Assembly: GCA_963806225.1 (NCBI GenBank) | Contig: CAWDXG010000004.1 | Location: forward strand, 768,001-832,000 | Direction of reading: 5' to 3' | Source of the DNA: an uncultured delta proteobacterium | GTDB taxonomy: Bacteria; Myxococcota_A; Polyangia; Polyangiales; Polyangiaceae | DNA length: 64,000 nucleotides | Part shown: one piece after another, positions 1 through 9,973 of the stretch | Layout: every line of letters begins with the position of its first letter | How positions within the stretch are numbered: position 1 is the first letter of the stretch | Program-made: the position numbers and the translations under genes | The notes under the pieces: model-generated | Seen by the model: only the letters and a program-made list of their open reading frames with translations | Told to the model about the DNA's origin: nothing | Database searches by the model: none

Positions 1-523
1 AATCCTGCGGCTGATCCAGAGAGAAGCGCCGCGGGTGGTGCTTGTCGTATGCGCCCTGGTCGCGCTCGTGCTCGTGCCCATCTTCCGGCGTCGACCGCTG
101 CGCATTCCACTGGTGGTGGCAACCGTCGCGGTCGTCGCCATCTCGGCGCAGTGCGTGATGTTCGCGGTCGGCGTGCGGCTCAACATGCTGAACTTCGCTG
201 CGATCCCGATCACGATCGGCGTCGGCGCGGACTACGTGGTCAACCTGCTCGGCGCCATGGACGCCTGGGGCGTCGACGCTCGGCGCGCCTGTGCCCGCAT
301 GGGCGGCGCCATCCTGCTGTGTTCCCTGACGACGATCGTGGGCTACCTGACGCTGCTCTTCGCTCACTCTGGAGCGCTGCGCTCCTTCGGTTGGGCGGCG
401 GTCCTGGGCGAGTTGATGGCCGTCGCGACGGTGCTGATCGTGCTGCCGGCCGTCCTGCCCGGCAGGCGGGCGCGCCCGGACGCCGCGTCCACCAACGAAA
501 GCGCGCCCAGCGAAGCGGAATAG
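1..523 (+). CDS. MMPL/RND-family transporter, C-terminal part (5' end outside the window)
   Basis: Hydrophobic helices with RND motifs 'PITIGVGADYVV' and 'CSLTTIVGY..L...SG ALRSFG'; the frame is open back to the window edge. Confidence 0.8.
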   Translation, partial: ILRLIQREAPRVVLVVCALVALVLVPIFRRRPLRIPLVVATVAVVAISAQCVMFAVGVRLNMLNFAAIPITIGVGADYVVNLLGAMDAWGVDARRACARMGGAILLCSLTTIVGYLTLLFAHSGALRSFGWAAVLGELMAVATVLIVLPAVLPGRRARPDAASTNESAPSEAE

Positions 524-526
524 GCG

Positions 527-2458
527 TCAGTCGAGGAGCTCGTCGATCCGGGCGGCCGCGCGCGTGGCCACCGCCATGATGGTCAACTGGGGATTGACGC
601 CGAGCGGACCGTTGATGGTGCTGCCATCCACGATAAACAGGCGCTTCAGGTCGTGCGTCTGGTGATCGGAGTCCACGACGCTGGTCTTCGGATCGCGACC
701 CATGCGGCAGGTGCCGAGCGGATGGTAGCTCACGACCACCAGCTCGCTGGCCGACGGCGGCTGTCTCCGGAACTCGTGGAAGTCGTCGGGCTCGACGATC
801 GGCCGCGTGAGCACGAGCGGGTAGAGCCGCTTCGCGCCCGCGGCGAGGAACATCTCTCCCGCGCGGACGTTCGCCTCGTGCAGCCGGCGCAGGTCCTCGC
901 GTTGCAGGTTGTACGTGATCGCGGGTTTACCAGCCCGCTCCCACCACACGCGCCCATTCGGCGAGGCGTCGGCCACCAGCGTGCCGACGCCCGCAAGATG
1001 GTTCCGGCGGTCGAGCACATCCATCAGGGGCTTGCCGCTCATCGGCAGCGTGACCGCCTCCACGTTGTGGTCGCCCAGAGCGGTCAGGATCATGATCCCG
1101 TCTCGCGCGAACTGGTCGACGGCATGGCCCTGGGGCACGAAGTCGGCACCGCGGATTTCCTCGTCGAACAGTGCGTTCAGCCCGCCGCTCGGGTGGAGCG
1201 ACAGGTTCCTGCCGACCTGTCCGCTCTTGTTGCAGATGCCCTGGCGCATCAGGAAGAGCGGCGTCGGGATACTGCCCCCCGCCAGGATCACCGCCGAAGC
1301 CCTCACCTTGACGCGGCGCCCGTCGCGGGCGACCCCCTCGATGCCGACGGCGCGTCCGCCCTCGGTAAGCACCCGGTCGGCGTGGAGCTCGGTCATGCAC
1401 AGCGCGCCGCGCCGGAGCGCAGCCGGGATGTAGGAGATGTTGGTGCTGCGCCTGGCGTCGGTGCGGCAACCGAAGTTGCAGAAGCCCGAGCCCTCGCAGC
1501 CCGGCGCGTTGCGGGGGATCCGGCCGTAGCTCCAACCGAGCGCGTCGCAGCCGCGCGAGACGACATCGTCGATGGGCCCGAGGAAGCGCGGCTCGGTGGG
1601 CGCCACGCCGAGGAACGATTCGACGCGTTCGAACCACGGTTTCATGGCGCCCGGCGCAAATTCGTCGGTGCGCAGGTCATCGCACCACCGATCGAGCACC
1701 CAGGGCGGCGTGCGGAAACAGGTTCCCCCGTTGACCGCCGTCGAGCCGCCCACGAGCCGCCCCATGAAGAGCGGCATGACGGTGTTCCCGAAGGTCACGG
1801 CAAAGCGATAGAAGCTCAAGTGCGCGCGGACCGAGCTCCCGTCGAAGTCCCGGCGGTCGTGGTAGCTGCCTTCCTCGACGAAGACCACGGCGCGACCGCG
1901 CTCGGCGAGTTCCCGGCCGACCACAGCGCCGCCCGCCCCCGTGCCCACTACGACCACGTCGCACTCGAGCGTCTCGTCCGCGGGAAGGTCCGTCGCCAGC
2001 ATCATCTGCCGGCGCCAGGGCGGCTCTTCACCTTCCGGAACGACGTTGAGCCGCCCGCCCAGGCGCTCGTAGACCCCCGGACGATCGAAATGAACGAACT
2101 TGTACACCAGCGAAAGCGCCGCCAGCGCCGATCGCAACGCTGGCGTCTGGTACCACCGCTGGAGCAGCGCCTGCTGCTCCCTGGTATCGAGGGCGGCAAA
2201 TGATCGCCCTGTCGAAAGCACCGCCGCTTCGGACAGCGCGCGCTGTGCCTTGCGGAAGAGCGGTACAAGGTTGGGCGAGACGGACTGCACGACCTCTTCG
2301 GTGCGGACCAGGGTCGCCTCGTCGGCCGGAGGGATGCTGTCGCTGCCGGGGATGATCGCCTCCAGCAACGCGAGCGATGCGGCCCGATCCGCCTGCGACA
2401 TGGGGCCGGGCGGCGTCGGGTTTGCGGGCTGGCCGGGGATGGACAGTGTTTCGGTCAT
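527..2458 (-). CDS. GMC-family FAD oxidoreductase (long-chain alcohol oxidase-like) with an N-terminal gluconate-DH subunit-3-like region
   Basis: DVVVVGTGAGG FAD motif, GRLVGGSTAVNG, CxGxGxCxxGC, HPLGTCRMG and GVNPQLTI motifs. The ATG at 2458 overlaps the upstream stop (ATGA). Confidence 0.85.
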   Translation of the reverse strand: MTETLSIPGQPANPTPPGPMSQADRAASLALLEAIIPGSDSIPPADEATLVRTEEVVQSVSPNLVPLFRKAQRALSEAAVLSTGRSFAALDTREQQALLQRWYQTPALRSALAALSLVYKFVHFDRPGVYERLGGRLNVVPEGEEPPWRRQMMLATDLPADETLECDVVVVGTGAGGAVVGRELAERGRAVVFVEEGSYHDRRDFDGSSVRAHLSFYRFAVTFGNTVMPLFMGRLVGGSTAVNGGTCFRTPPWVLDRWCDDLRTDEFAPGAMKPWFERVESFLGVAPTEPRFLGPIDDVVSRGCDALGWSYGRIPRNAPGCEGSGFCNFGCRTDARRSTNISYIPAALRRGALCMTELHADRVLTEGGRAVGIEGVARDGRRVKVRASAVILAGGSIPTPLFLMRQGICNKSGQVGRNLSLHPSGGLNALFDEEIRGADFVPQGHAVDQFARDGIMILTALGDHNVEAVTLPMSGKPLMDVLDRRNHLAGVGTLVADASPNGRVWWERAGKPAITYNLQREDLRRLHEANVRAGEMFLAAGAKRLYPLVLTRPIVEPDDFHEFRRQPPSASELVVVSYHPLGTCRMGRDPKTSVVDSDHQTHDLKRLFIVDGSTINGPLGVNPQLTIMAVATRAAARIDELLD

Positions 2459-3414
2459 GACGACTCCACGGGGACGGCCGCTCTGGGCCGGAGGACCAGG
2501 GAAGCCAGAAGGGCGCCGGCAACCCCCACGCACAGCTGCACGGCGTGCAGCCCGAGAGTCAAGGCGAGCGCTGCACTGCTCCGCATCCCGAGGCTGCCAG
2601 CGGCGAGGCCTACGGGGCCGTCCGTAGCGCCCAGCTGGGCAGGCACGAAGTCGCCGGCGGCTGCCCCGGCCAACACGAGGCCCGTCGTAGCCAGACCGCT
2701 TACGACATCGGCAGACGCTCCCACCGCGTGGCGCAGCAGCAGGATCTCGCCGATCAGCAACACGCGGGTGCCGAACTCGAAGAGCAGCGCGCGACCGACG
2801 CCGGGCGCTTCCGCCGCGAACGCATCGTCGAACGCGGGCCCCGCTTCACGGGCGATCGGCACCCGGCGTGCGAGCCAACGGCCCAGACGCGCTCGCCCTG
2901 CAAACACGACCGCACCGCCGATAGCGAAGGTCCCCGCGCAGTACAGCGCCACCGCGAACGTCGGCCAGGTTGCTCCGTCGATCGACGCGACCGCCAACAT
3001 CGTCGGGATCGCGATCAGCGCGTTGGCGAGCAGCACGATCGCCATCATCCACGCCGCGGCGGCTGCGGCGCGCGCGCGCCCGGCACGCCCCGACAGCTGC
3101 TGGGCGCGGAACGTCTCGGCCACCAGACGCCCGGCAGGCGCCGCGACCGCCAGGAGCTGCGCCCGGAAGGACGCGCGCCACAGCTCGATGCCCAGGCGGG
3201 GCGCTCCGCCAGCGCTGTAGAGAGAGGACAGCGCGAGCGCATTGAGAACGACGATACCGAGCTCGAGCAGCAGCAGCGCCGGAACCCACGGCCCTACTCC
3301 GCGGACGGCGCCGACCATCGCCGCCGGGCCCGCATGCAGGACGAGGAGCACCACGATCGATGCTCCGATCGCGGCGAACGCCAGGTGCAACCAGCGCTTC
3401 TGCCGCGGCTTCAT
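2455..3414 (-). CDS. Lysylphosphatidylglycerol-synthase TM / flippase-like membrane protein
   Basis: About 8 hydrophobic helices; 'P.GRLVAE..R' and 'FVPAQLGATDG' resemble LPG_synthase_TM motifs; ATGA overlaps at both ends. Confidence 0.65.
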   Translation of the reverse strand: MKPRQKRWLHLAFAAIGASIVVLLVLHAGPAAMVGAVRGVGPWVPALLLLELGIVVLNALALSSLYSAGGAPRLGIELWRASFRAQLLAVAAPAGRLVAETFRAQQLSGRAGRARAAAAAAWMMAIVLLANALIAIPTMLAVASIDGATWPTFAVALYCAGTFAIGGAVVFAGRARLGRWLARRVPIAREAGPAFDDAFAAEAPGVGRALLFEFGTRVLLIGEILLLRHAVGASADVVSGLATTGLVLAGAAAGDFVPAQLGATDGPVGLAAGSLGMRSSAALALTLGLHAVQLCVGVAGALLASLVLRPRAAVPVESS

Positions 3415-4727
3415 GGCACAGCTCCGGGGACCTCCGGGAGCCGCATCCACACGCGCTCGAACGCGTCTGCGTAGGCGTCGATGGTCTCGTCCGTCTGGGG
3501 AAAGATGGGGCAGCTCTGCGAGAACAACACCAGCGAGCTGTCGAGCAGCCGGCAGGTTTCCGGGAACCGGGAGAGGTCGTAGTCGGCCGGCGCGCCCGCG
3601 TCCCAGGGGTGGGCCTGCCCGCCATAGCCGATGCGCTCACGGAAGAGCCGCTGCGCAGGAACAGGCATGGTCTGCCAGAGCACGACCTCGAGACCCTCGG
3701 CCCGGAGTGCGGCCAGCAGAGCGTCGCGCACCACGCGCGGCGGAGCGTCGACACCGACGGCGCGCGCATCGAACCGCACCCGGTATTTGTGGACCGTGCC
3801 GGTGCGGTCGTCATCCGTGGCCGGCGGTTCGACGCCGGGGAGCGCACCAAGCCGGGTCGAAAGACGGCGCGCGTTGTGCCGCGCGCGCTCGTTGTAGTGC
3901 ACGAGCCGCCTGAGCTGGCTCCGGGCCAGCGCCGCGGACATCTCGTTGGTGCGGTACATGTAGCCGATCGCGGAGCTCTCGTACGCGCGCTCGGCATCGA
4001 GAGGTCGCTCGAGCGAAAAGCCGGCGTCCTGCATCGACCCCACGTCCTCACCGAACATGCGCGTGCGGTTGGCGCGCTCGAGAAGGCGGTCGTCGTCTGT
4101 CACGAAAAGCCCCCCCTCGCCCGAGGGCAGGTTCTTGCTCGATTGCGTGCTGAAGCAACCCATGTTCCCCAGCGTGCCAACGCGCCGCCCGCGATAGACC
4201 GCTCCGTGGGCCTGGCAGGCGTCCTCGATCACAGGGATGTCATGGCGCCGCGCGATGTCCAGGATGGGGTCCATCTCGCACGGCAGGCCGTGGATGTGCA
4301 CGGGCAGGATGGCACGGGTGCGCGGCGTGAGGGCGGCCTCGAGCAGAGCCGGATCGAGCCCGCAGAAACGCGGCTCGATGTCGACGAATACCGGGATGGC
4401 ATCCTGGTGCAGGACTGCGAGCGCGGTGGCCACGAAGCTGTAGGCCGTGGTCACGACCTCGTCGCCCGGTCCCACACCTGCCGCTGCGAGCGCGATGTGG
4501 AGCGAGGAGGTACCGCTGTTCGTGGCCAGGCAGTGTCGAGCGCCGACAAACGCTGCGAATTCGCGTTCCAGCCCTCGCACCTCGGGCGCCAGAGGCCCGG
4601 ACAGGACCCCCCGGTCCAGCACCGCCATCACCGCGGCCCGATCCTCGTCCCCGAGTACGGGCCAGCGGACGTGTCGCCCGTTATCGAGCGTCGCATGTCC
4701 GCCGGTGATGGCGAGCGGCGACTTCAA
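3411..4727 (-). CDS. DegT/DnrJ/EryC1/StrS PLP aminotransferase
   Basis: NSGTSSLHIAL, EDACQAHGA, FSTQSSKNLPSGEGG (PLP lysine). The N-terminal 'LAITGG...WP' resembles cyclitol/sugar aminotransferases. TTG start at 4727 overlaps the ino1 stop (TTGA); alternative ATG at 4787. Confidence 0.88.
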   Translation of the reverse strand: MKSPLAITGGHATLDNGRHVRWPVLGDEDRAAVMAVLDRGVLSGPLAPEVRGLEREFAAFVGARHCLATNSGTSSLHIALAAAGVGPGDEVVTTAYSFVATALAVLHQDAIPVFVDIEPRFCGLDPALLEAALTPRTRAILPVHIHGLPCEMDPILDIARRHDIPVIEDACQAHGAVYRGRRVGTLGNMGCFSTQSSKNLPSGEGGLFVTDDDRLLERANRTRMFGEDVGSMQDAGFSLERPLDAERAYESSAIGYMYRTNEMSAALARSQLRRLVHYNERARHNARRLSTRLGALPGVEPPATDDDRTGTVHKYRVRFDARAVGVDAPPRVVRDALLAALRAEGLEVVLWQTMPVPAQRLFRERIGYGGQAHPWDAGAPADYDLSRFPETCRLLDSSLVLFSQSCPIFPQTDETIDAYADAFERVWMRLPEVPGAVP

Positions 4728-5947
4728 ACCGCCCGTGCCGCGACGGCGTCCACCTGACGCGGCGCGGCGGCGACCGAGTCGCTCCATTCGCGCAGCATCC
4801 GGAACTGCTCGAACAGGTCGTGAACGACCGGCTCACCCTCGACGCGATAGGGCGCCTTGAAAAAGACCGAGAACTGCCGCTGCACTCCGCACTCGCCCAC
4901 GCGGTGCGCGACATCGATGAGACGCGCCAGATCGAGCACCAGCGGCGCTGCGAGGATCGAGTCCTTGCACAGGAAGTTGACCTTGACCTGCATCGGCTCG
5001 CCGAGGAAGCCCAGCAGATCGATGTTGTCCCACGCCTCCTTCGCGTCGCCGCGGGGCCGGTAGTAGTGGATGTGCACCTGGTGGTCGTCCACGCCGTAGC
5101 CGAGGATGTTGTCGAGGACGCCGAGCTTGCTCGTGACCTTGGTCTTGTTCGAGGCGGGATCATCGAGCACGCGGCCGTCGTTGTTGCCGAGGATGTTCGT
5201 GGAATACCAGCCCTGCACGAGGAGCTGCCGCACCGCGAAGGCCGGCGCCAGCACTGTCTTGAGCAGGGTCTGGCCGGTCTTGCCGTCCTCGCCCGCGATG
5301 GGAACGCCGCGCTTCTGCGAGAGCGTATCGAGCGCGGGAATGTTGGACAGGCTCGGCGTGAAGTTCACGTGGGGCATGTCCATCGTGATCGCGAGGTAGA
5401 GGTACCTCATGGCTGGGCTGATGCGCGGATCGTTCGCGTCGAGCCCGGCTTCGAAGGCCTCGGGCGTCAGATGCACGTCCGAGATCTGCGTGTGCCGCTC
5501 GGTCGAGGCGAGATTCACGATGACGGTGCGGTCCACGCCACGCTCCTTCCGGAACGCTTCAACCTGCGCGCGCATCAGCCGCAGCTGGTCGCGGTAGGAA
5601 GTGCCATCGACCGCGTTGTCGCCGAGGTCACCCCCCAGGAAGGTGGGTGACACCATCGACGGCCAGGGATGGAGCGCAGACAGCTCCTCCTCGATGTCCG
5701 GGAGGAGGTGGCGGGGGATCACGCCATGGTGCTTGGCAGCCTCGAACAGGTTGGTCGTCCTGATGTCCCAACCGCCGAACTCGAGATCCTCGACCGCAGC
5801 CAACGGCAGCTTCTGTCCGACCTCTGTCTCGGTGAGCATCCCGAGCTTCGGAACGAGGCCCTTCTTCATCAACAGAACGCCGCCGATCACCGTCGACGCG
5901 ACCGCGCCACCTGCGCCAACAACCAGCACACCGAGCTTTTCCGACAT
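4724..5947 (-). CDS. ino1: myo-inositol-1-phosphate synthase
   Basis: GGWD, NLASTE, GEDGKTGQTLLK, NILGNNDG, GDAKEAWD and DSILAAPLVLDL signature motifs. GGAG lies upstream of the ATG at 5947; alternative start 5959. Confidence 0.93.
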   Translation of the reverse strand: MSEKLGVLVVGAGGAVASTVIGGVLLMKKGLVPKLGMLTETEVGQKLPLAAVEDLEFGGWDIRTTNLFEAAKHHGVIPRHLLPDIEEELSALHPWPSMVSPTFLGGDLGDNAVDGTSYRDQLRLMRAQVEAFRKERGVDRTVIVNLASTERHTQISDVHLTPEAFEAGLDANDPRISPAMRYLYLAITMDMPHVNFTPSLSNIPALDTLSQKRGVPIAGEDGKTGQTLLKTVLAPAFAVRQLLVQGWYSTNILGNNDGRVLDDPASNKTKVTSKLGVLDNILGYGVDDHQVHIHYYRPRGDAKEAWDNIDLLGFLGEPMQVKVNFLCKDSILAAPLVLDLARLIDVAHRVGECGVQRQFSVFFKAPYRVEGEPVVHDLFEQFRMLREWSDSVAAAPRQVDAVAARAV

Positions 5948-5959
5948 TACGGACTCCAT

Positions 5960-7579
5960 TCAATGCAAGGATTCTCGAGCGAGCCGGCGCAGAACATCGC
6001 GTTTGGCGTCGTCGATAATGCGAGGAAACTTCTGCTGGGCGCCGTTGCGCCCGACTTGATCCACGAACTCTCTCATCGCGCCGCGCGGGAGCGTCACGAT
6101 CTCCGGGGACAGGATCGCGGCGTCCTTCTGGCGATGCTCGCGATACACCCTGTTCTGCTCTCCAAGGCCGGCATCGAACGCGAGCCGGAAGCGCTCCAGA
6201 TCGGCCGGCGGCCGCTCGAACTCGACGAAGAGCACGTACCAGCCCTTGCCGCCGCCGCGGCCGCCGATATCCGCGCCGCAGGCAAACTCCACGACGGCAG
6301 AGTCCGCGAGCTTCACGGCCGCACCGACGGCCCGCTCGACTTCCAGCGTCGTCATCAACTCCTGGGTTACCGACAGCATGCCCGCGCTGCGGCCAATGAA
6401 CTCCAGCCTGTGCGGGAATACGTCGGTGAACCGTACGAGATCACCGATGTCGTAGGCGTAGAGGCCCGAGCAGGTAGTGACGACGACCGCGTACTCGCCG
6501 CCCTTCTCCACGCGCCAAAGCGGCACGCGCTCCGCGTCGGGGCGACCCTGCTCTGCGCGCGGCACGAACTCGAAGAAGACGCCGCGGTCGGGGATCACGC
6601 GAAGACCCGGCTCGTCGAGGCGGTCGGTCACCGCGAAGATGCCGCCCTCGGTCGCATTGTAGTTGTCCATGAGCGGAATCCGTCCACCCACGCGCGTCTC
6701 GATGACGTCGCGGTAGGGCTCGGCGTAGACGCCGCCCCCGAACAGCGCGCTCAGGTTCGGCCACACGTCCCGCACCGTCTCGGCGTGAAGACCACGCCGT
6801 CGTGCCTGGACCAGCACCCGCTCGAACAGGTTCGGAAACCAGCATGTGGTGCCGGACAGGGAGCGCACGTCGTGATCCAGGTACGCATCCGCGATCGCGT
6901 CCAGCTTGCGATCGTAGTCCTCGATATCGCGCAGCGGCGGCCTGGGCAGCGACATGAGGGCCGAGACCTTCGGCATGTGCAGCTGCATCAGCCCGGGGTT
7001 GCTCGTGATGCCGACCGGGCCTTCCCACTTGATCACGGCGGGGGGCAGAAGAGCGAGATTGTAGCCTGCCGACCATTCCCGGTCCCCGCTGAGCGTCAGG
7101 TAGCGGGCCACGACGTCGAAGCCCGCCTTCTGCTGCCACTTGATCTGCTCGCGCGAGATCGGCAGGTACTTGTTTTTCGCCCGGGTGTGGGACGTGCCCG
7201 ACGAGCAGCCGTAGTAGCGGATGAAGTCGGGGTGAAGAACGTTGCGCTCGCCACGTCGCATGCGCTCGAGCAGAGGTTCGAAGTCCGCATAGGTGCGCAC
7301 CGGGACCCGATCGCGGAAGTCCTCCCAGGACCGCACGCCGGAGAGCTTGTGCTGCTTGCCGAACTCCGTACGGGCGGCGCGGGCGCAGTGCGCGAGGAGT
7401 GTTCTTGTCTGGACAGCTTGCGGGGCGGCCGCGACTCGATCCCACGCGGCAACACGCAGCTTTGCCGCCGCCCAGATCGCCGGGCCCGTGACGGCTCCGC
7501 CGGGCACGCCGCGGATGCGTCGCGGAGGCGCGGCGGGCGCCGCACGACGCGTAGGTGCGTGGAGATCCTGAACGGTCAT
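5960..7579 (-). CDS. GH3-family acyl-adenylate/amide synthetase
   Basis: SSGTS...KYLP, YNATEG, FFEF and GLYAYDIGD motifs and a C-terminal QxKxPR. Confidence 0.88.
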   Translation of the reverse strand: MTVQDLHAPTRRAAPAAPPRRIRGVPGGAVTGPAIWAAAKLRVAAWDRVAAAPQAVQTRTLLAHCARAARTEFGKQHKLSGVRSWEDFRDRVPVRTYADFEPLLERMRRGERNVLHPDFIRYYGCSSGTSHTRAKNKYLPISREQIKWQQKAGFDVVARYLTLSGDREWSAGYNLALLPPAVIKWEGPVGITSNPGLMQLHMPKVSALMSLPRPPLRDIEDYDRKLDAIADAYLDHDVRSLSGTTCWFPNLFERVLVQARRRGLHAETVRDVWPNLSALFGGGVYAEPYRDVIETRVGGRIPLMDNYNATEGGIFAVTDRLDEPGLRVIPDRGVFFEFVPRAEQGRPDAERVPLWRVEKGGEYAVVVTTCSGLYAYDIGDLVRFTDVFPHRLEFIGRSAGMLSVTQELMTTLEVERAVGAAVKLADSAVVEFACGADIGGRGGGKGWYVLFVEFERPPADLERFRLAFDAGLGEQNRVYREHRQKDAAILSPEIVTLPRGAMREFVDQVGRNGAQQKFPRIIDDAKRDVLRRLARESLH

Positions 7580-7586
7580 GGCCTCG

Positions 7587-9176
7587 TCACGCTCCGAAGA
7601 ACCTCTTGAGCCGCCGCATCCGCTGCGCGAGCAGGAGCGGGAGCTTCCAGGCGCGGTCGAGCGCCATGATCTGCACGTCGGAGAGCGCCTCTCCGAGATC
7701 GAAGAGGCCACGATCGTAGGGCAACCAGTACAACTCGAAGCCGGTCGACCGATCGACGACGGTTGTCTTCGGCCGGACGAACGTCGCGAGCGCGTGCCTG
7801 CTGTTCGCGACGCCGGAGCCGGTTTCCCGGGTGCCGGTCCACGGAAGCTCCGGGATAGCCCCGGTCAGAGCGTGGTTGTTGATCGTGACAACACCGCAAT
7901 CCAGGCGTTCGGCGATGCGCTGGGCCCGGTCGACGTCCCGGGTCCAGAGTGAAACCCCGAGACCGTAGCGACTCTGGTTCGCCTGCGCGACGGCATCGGA
8001 AATCCCGTCGACTCGTATGATCGCAAGCACGGGACCGAACGTCTCGTCGCGCACCACTTCCATCTTTTCGGTGCAGTGATCGAGCAGTGTCGGCTCGTAC
8101 CAGAGGCCCGTGCCCGTAGCGCGGCCGCCGCACACGACCGTGGCACCGCGGGTCCGCGCGTCTTCGACGTGGCGGGCGACCACCTCGAGCTGCCTGCGGT
8201 TGCCTAGCGGCGCGACGTCCACCTCTCCGCGCGGGCCGGGGCCCGCTCGAAGGGCCTTCCAGACACGCCCGAGCCGCTCCACGAACTCGTCCGCGATGGT
8301 GCGATCCACGTATGCGATCTCGATCGCGCCGCACGCCTGTCCGGCATTGTTCAGGGCCCAGGACGAGATACCCGCCACCGTGCGCGTCATGTCGCAGTCG
8401 GCTAGTACAATGGCCGGATCCTTGCCGCCCATCTCGATGCTGGAAACGACGCCGTGCTCGGCGCACAGCACGCGCACCCTGCGACCGGTCGCCGGCGAGC
8501 CTGTGAAGACGCAGGCGTCGATACCCGAGCCGATGAGCGCCTCGCCGACCTCCGCTCCCCCCTGCACCACGGAAACCAGATCGGAGGGCAACACGCTCGC
8601 CAGCACCTCCAGGAACCAGGCACTGGAAGCCGGGGTGTGGGGCGAGGGTTTCACGACGACCGCATTGCCCGTCATGAGTGCCGGGATGACCGCTCGGTAG
8701 AGCCCCGCCACGGGGAAGTTCCACGGTGCGATGACGCCCACCACGCCGCGTGGAAGCATATCCACGACGGCGCTCTTCTTCGGGAAGCTGATCGGATTGA
8801 GGCGAACCGACTCGCGCGTCGCATGGCGACCCACGACCTTCGCCCAGGCGTTGACCGTGTCGAGCGGCCCGAGCGCCTCGTTGAAGAGCGCTTCCACGTC
8901 CACCTTGCCCATCTCGACGCGGACGATCTCCATGATCTCGTGACGCCGCTCGAGCATCGCGCGCGCGGCCGCCCGCAGCGCGGAAACGCGCTCGTCCAGC
9001 GAGAGCTCGCGGAAAGCCCGTTGCGCCTTGCGGGCGCGCCCCACTGCTTCAGCGACCTCGGCCGGCATCGCCGGAACGACGGGCGCCAACGGTGACAGGT
9101 CCAGAGGGCAGACGCGGCCGACTTCGGGGTCGGATGTGGGCGTGCCGACAGCCGTGCCCGCAAGATTCCGGTCCAT
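7587..9176 (-). CDS. NAD(P)-dependent aldehyde dehydrogenase
   Basis: IAPWNFP, FTGS, EMGGKDP, NAGQAC (catalytic Cys) and ETFGP motifs. Confidence 0.92.
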   Translation of the reverse strand: MDRNLAGTAVGTPTSDPEVGRVCPLDLSPLAPVVPAMPAEVAEAVGRARKAQRAFRELSLDERVSALRAAARAMLERRHEIMEIVRVEMGKVDVEALFNEALGPLDTVNAWAKVVGRHATRESVRLNPISFPKKSAVVDMLPRGVVGVIAPWNFPVAGLYRAVIPALMTGNAVVVKPSPHTPASSAWFLEVLASVLPSDLVSVVQGGAEVGEALIGSGIDACVFTGSPATGRRVRVLCAEHGVVSSIEMGGKDPAIVLADCDMTRTVAGISSWALNNAGQACGAIEIAYVDRTIADEFVERLGRVWKALRAGPGPRGEVDVAPLGNRRQLEVVARHVEDARTRGATVVCGGRATGTGLWYEPTLLDHCTEKMEVVRDETFGPVLAIIRVDGISDAVAQANQSRYGLGVSLWTRDVDRAQRIAERLDCGVVTINNHALTGAIPELPWTGTRETGSGVANSRHALATFVRPKTTVVDRSTGFELYWLPYDRGLFDLGEALSDVQIMALDRAWKLPLLLAQRMRRLKRFFGA

Positions 9177-9310
9177 CTCAGCGATGCCTTGTCGCTCGCC
9201 GGAGACGCCCTGTCAAGCCAGGCTCCAGTGTTTGAGCTGCCGCCGCGCCGCGCGCTGGACGCGCGGGTGTCGCAAGCGATCTGGACGGGCCCGATAATCG
9301 ACCATTTCAG

Positions 9311-9790
9311 CCCAACAAGCCAGGGCCCCGAGGTGTTCCCCTGCTCGGAGGTCTTCTGGATTTTCCGGTGTGATCCGCTTGACTTCTGCACCCGCCTGGC
9401 CCGCGAACACGGCGATATCGGCTTCTGCCGTCCCGATCCGGTGCGCTGCGTACGGGTCGATCATCCCGGGTCGCTCCAGCAGCTGCTGACGCGGGATGCC
9501 GCACGCCTTCACAAGCCGTGGGACTTCAAGGAGATGGAGCTCGTCCTCTGGCAAGGGTCTGGTCATCAGCGAGGACAAGCTCTGGCGCCCGCCGCACGCT
9601 TCCCAGCCGTCCGGCGCCGGCCCACGCAAGTGAAACGGCACGCACTTGGCGATGCTCGGGGCAGTTCTGCTGCTCGCACCCATCACGCATCGCTTCCACG
9701 TTGAAGTTCGAGCTGCAACCGGCCGTCGCGCTCCGCCCGGAGCACGGCGTCCACGCACGAGTCGAGGCAGGCGCGGTCGCGGCCGCCGCC
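9311..9790 (+). pseudogene. Cytochrome P450 relic with frameshifts, a large internal deletion and the heme Cys codon changed to TGA
   Basis: Pieced across frames: PGPRGVPLLGGLLDF / RCDPLDFCTRLAREHGD...HKPWDFKEMELVL / GKGLVISEDKLW-RPPHASQPSGAGPRK*NGTHLAMLGAVLLLAPITHRF / ELQPAVALRPEHGV. Boundaries are approximate. Confidence 0.8.
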
Positions 9791-9973
9791 GGGTCGCAGC
9801 CGCCGTTCTTGCCGGGGCATCCCGTACGGACCGCGTCGGCGATGCTGAACACCCGTTGCCGGCCGGATTCCTGCGCGACCGCTTCCCCGCGTCGGTATGC
9901 AGAAGTCCACCGGGATGCGCGAGGTTCCACGGAGCGTTTCCACCCGGCCTTCGATCGAGTATGCCGCTAGCCC

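Noticed and set aside
9631..9633. Selenocysteine-ligated P450 (TGA at the heme Cys position)
   Set aside because: The surrounding gene has several frameshifts, a large deletion and other motif substitutions, so TGA is best read as a nonsense mutation.
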